Below, one piece after another: positions 42,967 through 52,603 of a stretch of 64,000 nt of DNA. Position 1 is the stretch's first letter, and each line of letters starts with the position of its first letter. The notes below the pieces were generated by a model. The model saw only the letters and a list, made by a program, of their open reading frames with translations. It was not told the origin of the DNA and did no database searches. Position numbers and translations under genes: made by a program. The stretch covers positions 15,596-79,595 of the forward strand of contig JBEEJT010000218.1 of the NCBI GenBank assembly GCA_041169085.1. The letters run 5' to 3'. Source of the DNA: Pseudomonadota bacterium. Lineage in GTDB: Bacteria > Pseudomonadota > Gammaproteobacteria > Burkholderiales > Burkholderiaceae_C.

Positions 42967-43425
42967 TTATTCGATGATCAACAGGGGCTGACCGTATTCG
43001 ACAGGCTTGCCGTTTTCGACCAGGATCTTCGAGATGACGCCGTCCTTGTCGGCTTCGATCTCGTTCATGATCTTCATGGCTTCGATGATGCACACCGGCT
43101 GGCCCGCCTTGACGGTGTCGCCCACTTCGGCGAAGGCCTTGGCGCCCGGGCTCGATGCGCGGTAGAAGGTGCCCACCATGGGCGACTTCACCACGTGGCC
43201 GGTTTCTTCCGGCGCGGCTTCGGCGGCCGGGGCGGCAGCCGGTGCGGCGGGGGCGGCGGCCACGGCAGCCGGCATGGCCTGAGGCATGACCGCGTGGGTC
43301 ATGACCACGGGCGTGGCGCCCGCCTTGACGATGCGCACCTTGCCGTCGGCTTCGGTGATTTCCAGCTCCGACACGTTCGATTCGGAAACCAGGTCGATCA
43401 GGGTCTTGAGTTTGCGCAGGTCCAT
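42967..43425 (-). CDS. accB: Biotin carboxyl carrier protein
   Basis: [32 protein letters not shown]. Confidence 0.96.
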   Translation of the reverse strand: MDLRKLKTLIDLVSESNVSELEITEADGKVRIVKAGATPVVMTHAVMPQAMPAAVAAAPAAPAAAPAAEAAPEETGHVVKSPMVGTFYRASSPGAKAFAEVGDTVKAGQPVCIIEAMKIMNEIEADKDGVISKILVENGKPVEYGQPLLIIE

Positions 43426-43563
43426 GTGGTGTGCTCCAAGCAAAGGCCGGCTGGTGGGCCGACGCTGTAGGTGTGGGCGGTCAGGCTCGTGGCCCGTGGC
43501 TGCCCGTCAAAACGGTCAACGCGGGTGGCCACACGGGCCACGTCTGCGCGCTGGGTGGGGAGG

Positions 43564-44010
43564 TCAGGCCTGAGCGGCGCTCAGGCGGGTGAGTGCGGCT
43601 TCGAGCGCCAGGTGGTAGCCCTGGGCGCCCAAGCCGACGATGACCCCTTCTGCCAGGTCCGAGAAATACGAGTGGTGGCGGAAGGGCTCGCGGCGGTGCA
43701 CATTGGACAGGTGCACCTCGATGAAGGGGATGGCCACGCCGGCCAGCGCGTCACGCATGGCGACGCTGGTGTGGGTGTAGGCCCCGGGGTTGATGACGAT
43801 GAAGCGCGTGCCGTCCAGGCGGGCGGCCTGGATGCGGTCGACCAGCGCCCCTTCGTGGTTGCTCTGGTAGGCGGTCAGGCTGGCGCCGCGTGCGGCGGCC
43901 TGGGCCGTCAGGGCGGCGTTGATCTGCTCCAGGGTGGTGGACCCATAGACCTGCGGTTCGCGTGTGCCCAGCAGGTTGAGGTTGGGCCCGTGGAGGACAA
44001 GAATCTGCAT
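43564..44010 (-). CDS. aroQ: Type II 3-dehydroquinate dehydratase
   Basis: [36 protein letters not shown]. Confidence 0.96.
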   Translation of the reverse strand: MQILVLHGPNLNLLGTREPQVYGSTTLEQINAALTAQAAARGASLTAYQSNHEGALVDRIQAARLDGTRFIVINPGAYTHTSVAMRDALAGVAIPFIEVHLSNVHRREPFRHHSYFSDLAEGVIVGLGAQGYHLALEAALTRLSAAQA

Positions 44011-44125
44011 GCGTAGGGGAGCGGCTTGGGGAGGGGTGGGTGACGCCGAGGGCACACGCCCCGCCAGCTCCGTAACTGAACGTGAGCGGATTTTAGCCGT
44101 GATTGCTGAAAAATCCAGTGCTTTG

Positions 44126-44148
44126 CTTCAAGTTGCACGAACTTGAAG
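44126..44148. promoter_or_regulatory. Perfect 9-bp inverted repeat upstream of aroQ-accBC
   Basis: CTTCAAGTT-gcacg-AACTTGAAG. Confidence 0.45.
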
Positions 44149-44251
44149 AAACTTTGCTGGTACCGGCAGTTCGCGGCGTTTCGCGGCCTGATCCGACATC
44201 TAGGCCGCCGATGGCGCGTGCAACCGTGGACCGGCGCTGCGCCCCACTCAT

Positions 44252-44845
44252 TCAGGGGGTGAGCTTGGCCACCCAGGGCTGCAGGTCGGCGCCCTTGAGC
44301 GCACCGAGTTTGCGCCAGGCGATCTGCCCCTTGGGGTCGATCAACACCGTGAAGGGCAGTCCGCCCGAGGTGTTGCCCAGCGCCTGGGCGAGGTCGGAGC
44401 CGTCCATGCCGACGAGACCCAGGGCGAATCCTACCCTGACTTTCTTCAGGAATTCGCGCACCGGGGTGGGACCGTCGATGGCCAGGCCCACCACCTGCCA
44501 GCCTTTGGCGCGTTGCGCCCGCTGAAATCGGTCGAGCTCCGGCATTTCCTTGACGCAGGGGGGGCACCACGTCGCCCAGAAATTGAGGACCAAGGGCTTG
44601 CCTCGCAGCGAGGCCATGTTCAAGGTGCCGCCTTCCGGTCGCTCGAAGGTCTGAGCCCAGAACGCCGGGGTGAGTTGGTCGCCCTGCACGAGGGCGGCCG
44701 GTGGGTTGCTGGCCTGCGGCGCACCCAGCCAGCCCAGGCCGACGCCTCCGGCGGCCAGCTGAAGCAGCCGGCGGCGAGAGGTCGGGCCAGGGCCCTCGTG
44801 GAGAGCGGGGGTGGCCAGGGGCGGTGGGGTCAGGCGAACGTGCAT
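44252..44845 (-). CDS. TlpA-like thiol-disulfide oxidoreductase
   Basis: LNFWATWCPPCVKEMP, GLPFT; N-terminal SRRRLL followed by a hydrophobic segment. Confidence 0.88.
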   Translation of the reverse strand: MHVRLTPPPLATPALHEGPGPTSRRRLLQLAAGGVGLGWLGAPQASNPPAALVQGDQLTPAFWAQTFERPEGGTLNMASLRGKPLVLNFWATWCPPCVKEMPELDRFQRAQRAKGWQVVGLAIDGPTPVREFLKKVRVGFALGLVGMDGSDLAQALGNTSGGLPFTVLIDPKGQIAWRKLGALKGADLQPWVAKLTP

Positions 44846-44973
44846 GGTCGCAGCTTACCCCCTGCTCGCTTTGGCCAACACCCTGGGCGAGGCGGAAATC
44901 ACGGGCTTGTCCGCTGTCGCGGGGGAAGCTGTCGGCAACAATACGCAAAACATTCAACACAGAGGGTCACGCC

Positions 44974-45786
44974 ATGGCGCAATCACCTTTCCTGATCAGG
45001 TCGCTGGTCATCTGTACGGTGGGTCTCCTGGCCCAGGTCACCAGCGTGAGCGTGCGGGCGCAGGGCACCCCCACCCTGACGTGGGCCATGGGCGCCGACG
45101 TGCTGACTTTTCTCAACGCCACCGGCACGGTGGTCGACCCGCTTTTGCCGGCCGTGCAGCAGCAGACGCGCAAGAACAGCGGTGTTTACACAAGCCTCGC
45201 CTTGGCCTTGCCGGTCACGGGCGGCGCCTGGGCGGCCGATCAAGCGGGCTACAGCACCGTCAACGCCGCTGGAGGTTGGGCTTGGCAGTTCCAATCCACT
45301 GGCAATGGGCAGGGCCACAGCCTGACCGTCGAAGGCTTGACGGTGGACCTGGGGCGCCGGGCCATCGACGCCTGGGTGGTGGGCTCGGCCAGTGGCCCGG
45401 CTCAGCGCCTCACGATGTGGACGTTCGACGCCGTTCAGGTCAGCCCGGCGGGCACCCCGGGAGCGGGGGGCGCGGTGTCGTCCGTGGTCTCGGGTGTGAC
45501 CTTGACCGAAGCTGGGCGCCAGTTGGTGGCCGCGCAGCTGGACCCAGACTTCCTGACCCAGGGGGCGGCCCTGACCGCCCGCGCGGGCGATTGGGGCGCC
45601 CTCACCTTCAACGTGGCCCTGGCGACGAGCGCGACCACGGTGCCGGAGCCCGCCGCCATCAGCTTGTTCGCCTTGGGGGGCTTGGGGCTGTGGGGCTTGG
45701 TCAGGCGTCGCCCTCGGGCGGCGTCAGCAGGCGCTGGAGCCCGGGCAAGTCACCCTGGCTGCTGCGCCCCTGGCCATCGGCTTTGA
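44974..45786 (+). CDS. PEP-CTERM sorting-domain protein
   Basis: Signal peptide (SVSVRA), Thr/Gly-rich body, VPEP-AAISLFALGGLGLWGLV-RRR; the tail overlaps the convergent gene. Confidence 0.82.
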   Translation: MAQSPFLIRSLVICTVGLLAQVTSVSVRAQGTPTLTWAMGADVLTFLNATGTVVDPLLPAVQQQTRKNSGVYTSLALALPVTGGAWAADQAGYSTVNAAGGWAWQFQSTGNGQGHSLTVEGLTVDLGRRAIDAWVVGSASGPAQRLTMWTFDAVQVSPAGTPGAGGAVSSVVSGVTLTEAGRQLVAAQLDPDFLTQGAALTARAGDWGALTFNVALATSATTVPEPAAISLFALGGLGLWGLVRRRPRAASAGAGARASHPGCCAPGHRL

Positions 45787-46297
45787 GGGCGCCGCGCAAG
45801 TCGTCGGCGTCCAGGATGGTGAGGTGCAGGCCCACCTCTTCGCCCAAACCCGGGCAAGGGATGCTCAGGCTCAGGCGGTCGACGCTGCTGTTGCGTGGCC
45901 CCGGTGCGCTGCTGACGTCGTAGTCCAGGCCACGGTTGAGCAGCTCGATCTCGGTGGATTTGCTGTCGTCGCAATACAGCTGCAGGAAGATGTCGTTGAG
46001 CCGGGTGGCCGTGCCGCGCCACACGGCGCCGCTCAGGTGCGGGCGGAACTCGGCCAGCCGCTGCATCCACACGGCGGCGGTTTCGCGCAGGGCGCGCAGC
46101 TCGGCCGGGTGAGTGTCGGCACAAAACAGGTCCAGGTATTCGCGCACAGCGGCTTCGACCTGGTCGTTGTCGGGCAACTCGGCGCGGGCGTTGACGCCCA
46201 GTTGCTTCACCGCCCTGCGCTTGGCGGGGCCATATTCCAGGCCCTCTTCAACGACCAGGCGGGCGGCGGTGGCGGCGATCTCTTCTTTCAGGCTCAT
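45701..46297 (-). CDS. Conserved hypothetical protein (nucleotidyltransferase-like fold possible)
   Basis: MSLKEEIAATAARLVVEEGLEYGPAKRRA...PHLSGAVWRGTATRLNDIFLQL; recognised from memory as a common tlpA neighbour in Burkholderiales. Confidence 0.7.
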   Translation of the reverse strand: MSLKEEIAATAARLVVEEGLEYGPAKRRAVKQLGVNARAELPDNDQVEAAVREYLDLFCADTHPAELRALRETAAVWMQRLAEFRPHLSGAVWRGTATRLNDIFLQLYCDDSKSTEIELLNRGLDYDVSSAPGPRNSSVDRLSLSIPCPGLGEEVGLHLTILDADDLRGALKADGQGRSSQGDLPGLQRLLTPPEGDA

Positions 46298-46308
46298 GTT
46301 GGAGTTGC

Positions 46309-48516
46309 TCAGGCACTGACCCACACCGGCACGGCGCTGAAGGCCGCGTTGGCGGCCACGCGCTCGGTCACGCGGTCGTCGGTCAGGTCGTTGATGCTGA
46401 CGCCAGCGTGCTCGCGGGCCACCCGCAGCGCCACGCCTTCGCGGCCATGGCCCCAGCCGTGCGGCAGGCTGACCACGCCAGCACGGATGTGGTCGGTGAC
46501 TTGGAGCGGCACTTCGATGTCGCCGGTGCGTGAGCGCACGCGCACCGTTTGACCGTCAGCGAGGCTGCGCTCGGCGGCGTCGGTGGGGTGCATCATCAGC
46601 GTGCAACGTGGCTTGCCGCTGACCAGCCTGGGGCTGTTGTGCATCCAGGAGTTGTTGCTGCGCACGTCGCGACGGCCAATCAGCTTGAGCGCCCCTTCGG
46701 CCATGGCGTGGCCGCTTTCGGTGGCTTGTTGCAGCAAGCCGGGCAACTCGCGCAGTTCTCTCGAAATGGGGGGCGGCAGCAGGTCGACGCGACGGCCGCG
46801 CTTGACCAGTTGCGCGTGCAGCGAGGGCCGCAGGGCCCCCAGGTCCACGCCTTCAGGGTGTCGGGCCAGGCGCTTGAAGCTCAGTCCGCCACGCGATTGC
46901 ATGAGGATGAGTTGCAGCATGCGCTTGGGCGGCAGCTTCTGCATGGCCAGCGCGGCCATGCCGCTGAGGCGTTGGGGCAGGCCGCTGCGGCCGAGTGCGT
47001 GGGTGCGGCGCGCATAGCGTTCGCTCAGGGCCTGAAAGATCTGCCAGTCGTGCCGCTGATCGGCGTGGGGGCTGACCACGGCGGGGCTGTAGCGCGCCAC
47101 GTTGTGCACGGCGAAGTGCAGGAACACCATGTCGTAGTGGTCGTGCTCGACAAAGCAGGTGGGCGGCAGGATGACGTGGGCGTGGCGCGTGGTTTCGTTG
47201 ATGTAGAAATCGACCGAGACCATGAAATCGAGGCCGGCCAGCGCCGTGTCGAGCTGGCGACCATTGGGCGTGGACAGCACCGGGTTGCCGGCCACCGTCA
47301 CCAGCGCCCGCACCTGGCCTGGGCCTGGGGTGAGCATCTCTTCGGCCAACACCGACACGGGCAGCTCACCGGCGAACTCGGGCGCGCCGCGCACACGGCT
47401 GCGCCACGCGTCAAAGTGGCCCGCGCCGATCAGGCCCGTGGAGATGAGGTTGATGGCCGGCGAGGTGAGCAGCGCACCGCCTTCGCGGTCGAGGTTGCCC
47501 GTGAGCAGGTTGAGCACCTGGATGGCCCAATGGCACACCACGCCGTGTTCCTGGGTGGACACGCCCAGCCGGCCGTAGGCCACGGCCTGGGGGGCTGCGG
47601 CGAACTCGCGGGCGATGCGTCGCGTGGTGTCGGCGTCGATGCCGGTGGTGGTGGCCACCGCTTCGGGGCTGAACGGGGCCACCAGGTCGCGCACGGCTCG
47701 GATGCCGTCGGTGATCGCTTCCCAGGGGCCCGGGCGCACGAGCTCTTCGGCGAACAGCGTGTGGATGAGCGCCAGCAACCAGAAGGCGTCGCTGCCGGGG
47801 TCGATGAAGTGGTGCTCGCTGGCCACCGCTGCGGTCTCGGTGAGGCGCGGGTCCACGACGACGATCTTGCCCCCGCGTTCACGCAAGGCCTTGAAGCGGG
47901 CGCGCACGTCGGGCACGGTCATGATGCTGCCGTTGGAGGCCAGCGGGTTGCCGCCCAGGATCAGCATGTACTGGGTGCGGTCGACGTCCGGGATGGGCAG
48001 GGCGAACTGGTGGCCATACAGCCAGTGCGACATCAACTGGTGGGGCAACTGGTCGGCCGAGGTGGCGGAATAACGGTTGCGTGTCTTGAGCAAGCCCAGG
48101 AAGGGCAAGCCGTGGGTGATGCAGCCCCAGTTGTGCACGTTGGGGTTGCCTTGGTAAGCGGCCACGGCGTTGGCGCCATGTTGTTCTCGGGTGCGCGCCA
48201 GTTGTTCGACCACCAAGTCGAAGGCCTCGTCCCAGGCGATGGGCTGCCAATGGGCCACACCATCTTTCATCACACGCTTGACGGGTTGCTTGAGGCGGTC
48301 CGGGTCTTCGTGGATGTCCTTCATGGCCACGGCCTTGGGGCAGATGTGGCCGCGCGACAGGGGGTCGGCGGGGTTGCCTCGCACCGAGACGATGTGTTCG
48401 TGGGGTGCTTCGCCTTGCACCTGGAACACCACGCCGCAAATGGCCTCGCACAGGTTGCAGGCGCCTTGCACGGTGCGGACGGGGCCGCTGGGCGTTGGGG
48501 TGGGGGTGTGGCTCAT
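46309..48516 (-). CDS. Molybdopterin-dependent oxidoreductase with N-terminal [4Fe-4S] motif
   Basis: CNLCEAIC...GHICPKA, GGNPLASNGS, VVVDPR, C-terminal NNSWMHN, MHPTDA, PHGWGH; start MSHTPTP. Confidence 0.88.
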   Translation of the reverse strand: MSHTPTPTPSGPVRTVQGACNLCEAICGVVFQVQGEAPHEHIVSVRGNPADPLSRGHICPKAVAMKDIHEDPDRLKQPVKRVMKDGVAHWQPIAWDEAFDLVVEQLARTREQHGANAVAAYQGNPNVHNWGCITHGLPFLGLLKTRNRYSATSADQLPHQLMSHWLYGHQFALPIPDVDRTQYMLILGGNPLASNGSIMTVPDVRARFKALRERGGKIVVVDPRLTETAAVASEHHFIDPGSDAFWLLALIHTLFAEELVRPGPWEAITDGIRAVRDLVAPFSPEAVATTTGIDADTTRRIAREFAAAPQAVAYGRLGVSTQEHGVVCHWAIQVLNLLTGNLDREGGALLTSPAINLISTGLIGAGHFDAWRSRVRGAPEFAGELPVSVLAEEMLTPGPGQVRALVTVAGNPVLSTPNGRQLDTALAGLDFMVSVDFYINETTRHAHVILPPTCFVEHDHYDMVFLHFAVHNVARYSPAVVSPHADQRHDWQIFQALSERYARRTHALGRSGLPQRLSGMAALAMQKLPPKRMLQLILMQSRGGLSFKRLARHPEGVDLGALRPSLHAQLVKRGRRVDLLPPPISRELRELPGLLQQATESGHAMAEGALKLIGRRDVRSNNSWMHNSPRLVSGKPRCTLMMHPTDAAERSLADGQTVRVRSRTGDIEVPLQVTDHIRAGVVSLPHGWGHGREGVALRVAREHAGVSINDLTDDRVTERVAANAAFSAVPVWVSA

Positions 48517-48550
48517 GGCGGTCGCTCCAGGGGTGGCGCCATCATGCCAG

Positions 48551-50863
48551 TCAGCGGGGGCTTGTGCTGTCCAGTGCGCGCAACGGTCGGGCGGCGTCGG
48601 CCACGCCGTCGGCCGCGGTTTGCAGCAAATCGAGCCGGTGCAGCAGCCAGGCGGTGGTGGAGGACACGTCGGTGCCGCCCACACGGTCGAGCTCGGTGGC
48701 GGGCAAGTCGCTGTCGAAGAGGTGGTGGTCCGCAAAGGTGTGCTGGCCCGGCAGCACCGGTGCCATGGGCACGGTGTCGCTGGCGTCGGGGCGGGTGGCC
48801 CGGAAGGCGCCCAGCACAGTGCGGTGGGTGCGGCTCAGGGCAGGGTGGGCCACTTCATGGGCCACCTGGTGGCCTTTGACGAAGAGCAGGTTGCGCACCA
48901 CCGCCACGTCGCTGTTCAAGCGGTGACAGGCGATCAGCAGGCGCTCGAGCATGGGGCTGAGCTGGCGGACCCGCTCGGGCTCCTTGGCCATGCGCGCCAA
49001 CGATTGGGTGAGCTGCGCCAGGGCCTCTTGCGTGTCGCGGCGGGCGAGGTGGGGTTCGGTGGCCGGGGTGGGGGCAGGCGCCAGCTTCAAGGCCTGGGTG
49101 ACGTCCCGCGCCATGCATTCGAGCAGCCGGCCCACCAGCTTGGGCAATTGCTGGCGCTCCCAGGTGGGCCACACGTGGGTGAAGCCCCAGGCGAGCAGCG
49201 CGCCCAGCACGGTGTCGGCCAGGCGCTCGCCCACGGTCTGCCACATGGGCTCGACGCCGGGGGTGAGCAAGTGGCTTTGCAGCAAGGCCAGCACGGCGCC
49301 AGAGGCCGCGGTGATGCGGTAGTCGATGAGCACAAAGCCATGCGCCAGGCTCAGGGACAAGGCCAGCGGCAGCAGCAGCCAGGCTGGGTGGGGCATCAGC
49401 CACACCAGTGCGGCGGCCACGAGGCAGCCCAGCAAGGTGCCCACGATGCGGGCATCGCGGCGCAGCAGCGTTTGCTCCAGGTTGCCGCGCATGACGACGG
49501 CCACCGTCATCAAGATCCAGTGGGGGTGGCTGGCCCAGGGCATGTGATGGCCCAGCAGCAAGGCGCAGGCGCAGGCCAGCGTGGTGCGGGCAGCGTATCG
49601 GCACACCGGTGCCTGCCAGCGCAGTTGGCTGCGCAGGTGGCCCAGCGGCCAGTTAGGCGGGGTGGTCATGGCCTGCAGCAACGCGGTCTGACCCAGCACG
49701 TCCACCGGGGGCAGCGGGGAGGGGATGCGTGTGCTCCCGTCGGGTTCGTGCTGGCCCACTTGCGGGCTCACGGCGTCGATGGCGTCGACCACCCAGCTCA
49801 GGTGCTGCACGCGGCGTTGCACGGCTTCTTGCAGCATCAGGTCGGCCCGCGCCAGCGTGATGGGCAGCCCGGGGGCGGCGTCGCCATCGTGCAGGGCGTC
49901 GGGGGGCATGGCCATGGGGGGCACGCTCGCGGGCAGGCGGCGGCCACGCCAGCCGTCTGCACAGCGCTGGATGTGGGTGGCCTCGGCTTGCAGCCGCGTG
50001 GCCAGGTGCTGCATGGCGGCCTGGGAGGCGGGGCCGGGCGGGGTGTGTTCGAGGTCGGCCTGGCAGCCGTACAGCACGTCTCGCAGGCGCACGGCCTGGG
50101 CCAGCGCTTCGATGCCGTGGCGCACGCGTGTCTGGCGCTCGGCCAGGTGGGCTGCGGGGTAGAGGAGGTCTCGTGCCGCCTGCAGGGTCTCCGGCATCCC
50201 CGCCTGGGCCTGAAGCAGCGCCAGCAGCGCCTGGCTGCGCTCGGCTTCGGAGGCGTGGCGCGCCGCCAGCGCGGTCCAGCGCGCCTGGTGTCGCATGAGG
50301 GCAACCAGGCTGTCGAGCACATCGACCAGGGCCAGGTCTCGGTAGCGGCCGGCCAGGGCCCAGGCGCTCAACCAGCCCCAGCAGGCCATGCCGATGGCGC
50401 CCACGGCCACCCAGGCCAGATGTGAGGCCAGGGGCAGGCTGGCGTGGGCCTGCGGGCCGTGGAAGGCGGCCGACTGGAACACCACGCTGAGCACCGCGAC
50501 GAAGGTGAGTGGCCCGCCGCGTTTGCCCCAGGACATCCAGAAGATGCTAGCGAAAATCGTCAGCAGGGTGGCGGCCGACAAGGCCCAGACGCTGTGGTGG
50601 GTCCACGCGACCAGGGCGGCGCTGAGCACGCAGACCAACACGGCAGGCCACATGCTGTGGCGCTTGCGCCAGGGCGCCACGACGGTGTCGGCCACGCTGG
50701 TGGCGGCCGCGCCCGACGACGCGGTGACCGCCTGCGGGTAGCCCGCGAGCGTGGCGATCAACAGGCACAGCAGCATGAGCCCGAGGCCCACGCTCAGGCC
50801 GTTGAGCACGGGGGCGGGCCAGGTGCCGGGGTGCCAGCGCAGGCGGGACGGTGTGGGCGTCAT
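48551..50863 (-). CDS. FUSC/YccS-family membrane protein
   Basis: Two TM blocks; YAARTTLAC, HPHWILMTVAVVMR, RIVGTLLGC, ERLADTVLG. Confidence 0.8.
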   Translation of the reverse strand: MTPTPSRLRWHPGTWPAPVLNGLSVGLGLMLLCLLIATLAGYPQAVTASSGAAATSVADTVVAPWRKRHSMWPAVLVCVLSAALVAWTHHSVWALSAATLLTIFASIFWMSWGKRGGPLTFVAVLSVVFQSAAFHGPQAHASLPLASHLAWVAVGAIGMACWGWLSAWALAGRYRDLALVDVLDSLVALMRHQARWTALAARHASEAERSQALLALLQAQAGMPETLQAARDLLYPAAHLAERQTRVRHGIEALAQAVRLRDVLYGCQADLEHTPPGPASQAAMQHLATRLQAEATHIQRCADGWRGRRLPASVPPMAMPPDALHDGDAAPGLPITLARADLMLQEAVQRRVQHLSWVVDAIDAVSPQVGQHEPDGSTRIPSPLPPVDVLGQTALLQAMTTPPNWPLGHLRSQLRWQAPVCRYAARTTLACACALLLGHHMPWASHPHWILMTVAVVMRGNLEQTLLRRDARIVGTLLGCLVAAALVWLMPHPAWLLLPLALSLSLAHGFVLIDYRITAASGAVLALLQSHLLTPGVEPMWQTVGERLADTVLGALLAWGFTHVWPTWERQQLPKLVGRLLECMARDVTQALKLAPAPTPATEPHLARRDTQEALAQLTQSLARMAKEPERVRQLSPMLERLLIACHRLNSDVAVVRNLLFVKGHQVAHEVAHPALSRTHRTVLGAFRATRPDASDTVPMAPVLPGQHTFADHHLFDSDLPATELDRVGGTDVSSTTAWLLHRLDLLQTAADGVADAARPLRALDSTSPR

Positions 50864-50920
50864 GGGGTGCAAGGCGTCAAGCCTAACCCAGTCCGCCCTT
50901 CACCTCGCCCTGCAGGGGGA

Positions 50921-52450
50921 TCAGCTCTCGCGGCGCAGCGCCGGGAACAGGATCACGTCGCGGATGTTGGGCGCGTCGGTCAGCAGCATCATCAGGCGGT
51001 CGATGCCGATGCCACAGCCACCGGTGGGGGGCAGGCCGTATTCCAGCGCGCGGATGTAGTCGGCGTCGAAGTACATGGCTTCTTCGTCGCCAGCTTCCTT
51101 CGCGTCGGCCTGGGCCTGGAAGCGTGCGGCTTGCTCTTCCGGGTCGTTCAGCTCGGAGAAGCCGTTGCCGTATTCACGACCGGTGATGAACAGCTCGAAG
51201 CGCTCGGTGATGCTGGGGTTGGCGTCAGACGCGCGGGCCAGCGGGCTCACTTCAACGGGGTAGTCCACGATGAAGGTGGGCTGCCACAGCTGCTCTTCCA
51301 CGGCGGCTTCGAACACGCCGAATTGCAACTCGGCCAGCGTCCAGCGGGCCGGCGGCTCTTCACCCAGGTGCTTGAGCTTGTCGTGCAGGGCCTTGGGGTC
51401 GTCGGCCTGTTCGGGCGTCAGGCCGGCGTACTTGATCAGCGAATCGCGCACGGTCAGGCGCTCGAAGGGCGACTCGAGGTCGACTTCCTTGCCGCCATAG
51501 GTGACCTTGGCCGTGCCCACGGCCGCGTGGGCGGCGTGGCGCAGGATGGCTTCGGTGAAGTCCATCAGGTCGCGGTGGTTCCACCATGCGGAGTAGAACT
51601 CCATCATCGTGAACTCGGGGTTGTGGCGCACCGACACGCCTTCGTTGCGGAAGTTGCGGTTGATCTCGAACACGCGCTCGAAGCCGCCCACCACCAGGCG
51701 CTTCAGGTACAGCTCGGGCGCGATGCGCAGGAACATTTCCTGGTCGAGCGCGTTGTGGTGGGTGATGAAGGGCTTGGCGTTGGCGCCGCCGGGGATGGGG
51801 TGCATCATTGGCGTCTCGACTTCCAGGAAGCCGTTGTCCACCATGAAGGCACGAATCGAGGCGATGGCCTTGGAGCGGGCGATGAAGCGGCCGCGCGAGT
51901 GTTCGTCGACGATCAGGTCCACGTAACGCTGGCGGTACTTCTGTTCCTGGTCGGTCATGCCGTGGAACTTGTCGGGCAACGGGCGCAGGGCCTTGGTCAA
52001 CAGGCGGATGCGGGTGACCTTGATGGACAGCTCGCCCGTCTTGGTCTTGAACAGCGTGCCCTCGGCACCCAGGATGTCGCCCAGGTCCCAGTGCTTGAAG
52101 GCTTGCAGGGTCTCGGCGCCGACGTTGTCGAGCGTGACGTAGACCTGGATGCGGCCGGTGGCGTCTTGCAGCGTGCCGAAGCAGGCCTTGCCCATGACGC
52201 GCTTGAGCATCAGGCGGCCGCCGACGCAGGCGGTCACGGCCTGGGCTTCGAGGGCTTCGGCTTCGGTGGCGTCGTGGGCGGCGTGCAGGCCGGCGGCGCG
52301 GTCGCTGGGCTTGAAGTCGTTGGGGAAGGCCACACCCTGGGCGCGGATGGCGGCCAGTTTCTCGCGACGCTCGGCCACCAGTTTGTTGGTGTCCACCACG
52401 TTTTCTATGGTGGTCGGGTCGGTCGGGGCGTGGTCGCGGGGCGTGGTCAT
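50921..52450 (-). CDS. lysS: Lysyl-tRNA synthetase (class II)
   Basis: [51 protein letters not shown]. Confidence 0.97.
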   Translation of the reverse strand: MTTPRDHAPTDPTTIENVVDTNKLVAERREKLAAIRAQGVAFPNDFKPSDRAAGLHAAHDATEAEALEAQAVTACVGGRLMLKRVMGKACFGTLQDATGRIQVYVTLDNVGAETLQAFKHWDLGDILGAEGTLFKTKTGELSIKVTRIRLLTKALRPLPDKFHGMTDQEQKYRQRYVDLIVDEHSRGRFIARSKAIASIRAFMVDNGFLEVETPMMHPIPGGANAKPFITHHNALDQEMFLRIAPELYLKRLVVGGFERVFEINRNFRNEGVSVRHNPEFTMMEFYSAWWNHRDLMDFTEAILRHAAHAAVGTAKVTYGGKEVDLESPFERLTVRDSLIKYAGLTPEQADDPKALHDKLKHLGEEPPARWTLAELQFGVFEAAVEEQLWQPTFIVDYPVEVSPLARASDANPSITERFELFITGREYGNGFSELNDPEEQAARFQAQADAKEAGDEEAMYFDADYIRALEYGLPPTGGCGIGIDRLMMLLTDAPNIRDVILFPALRRES

Positions 52451-52603
52451 GGTGTGTCGGCGCGCTGGCTGCGCGCGGGCGTGTTTCGGGGCAAACCCCG
52501 TATTGTATGAAACCCTGGGGCCGGTGGGGCGACCGCGACGTCAAACAGGCGCCATCGGGCGGGTTCCCGGGCCGGCGGCGAGGGCTCGGCGACAATCCAG
52601 CCC

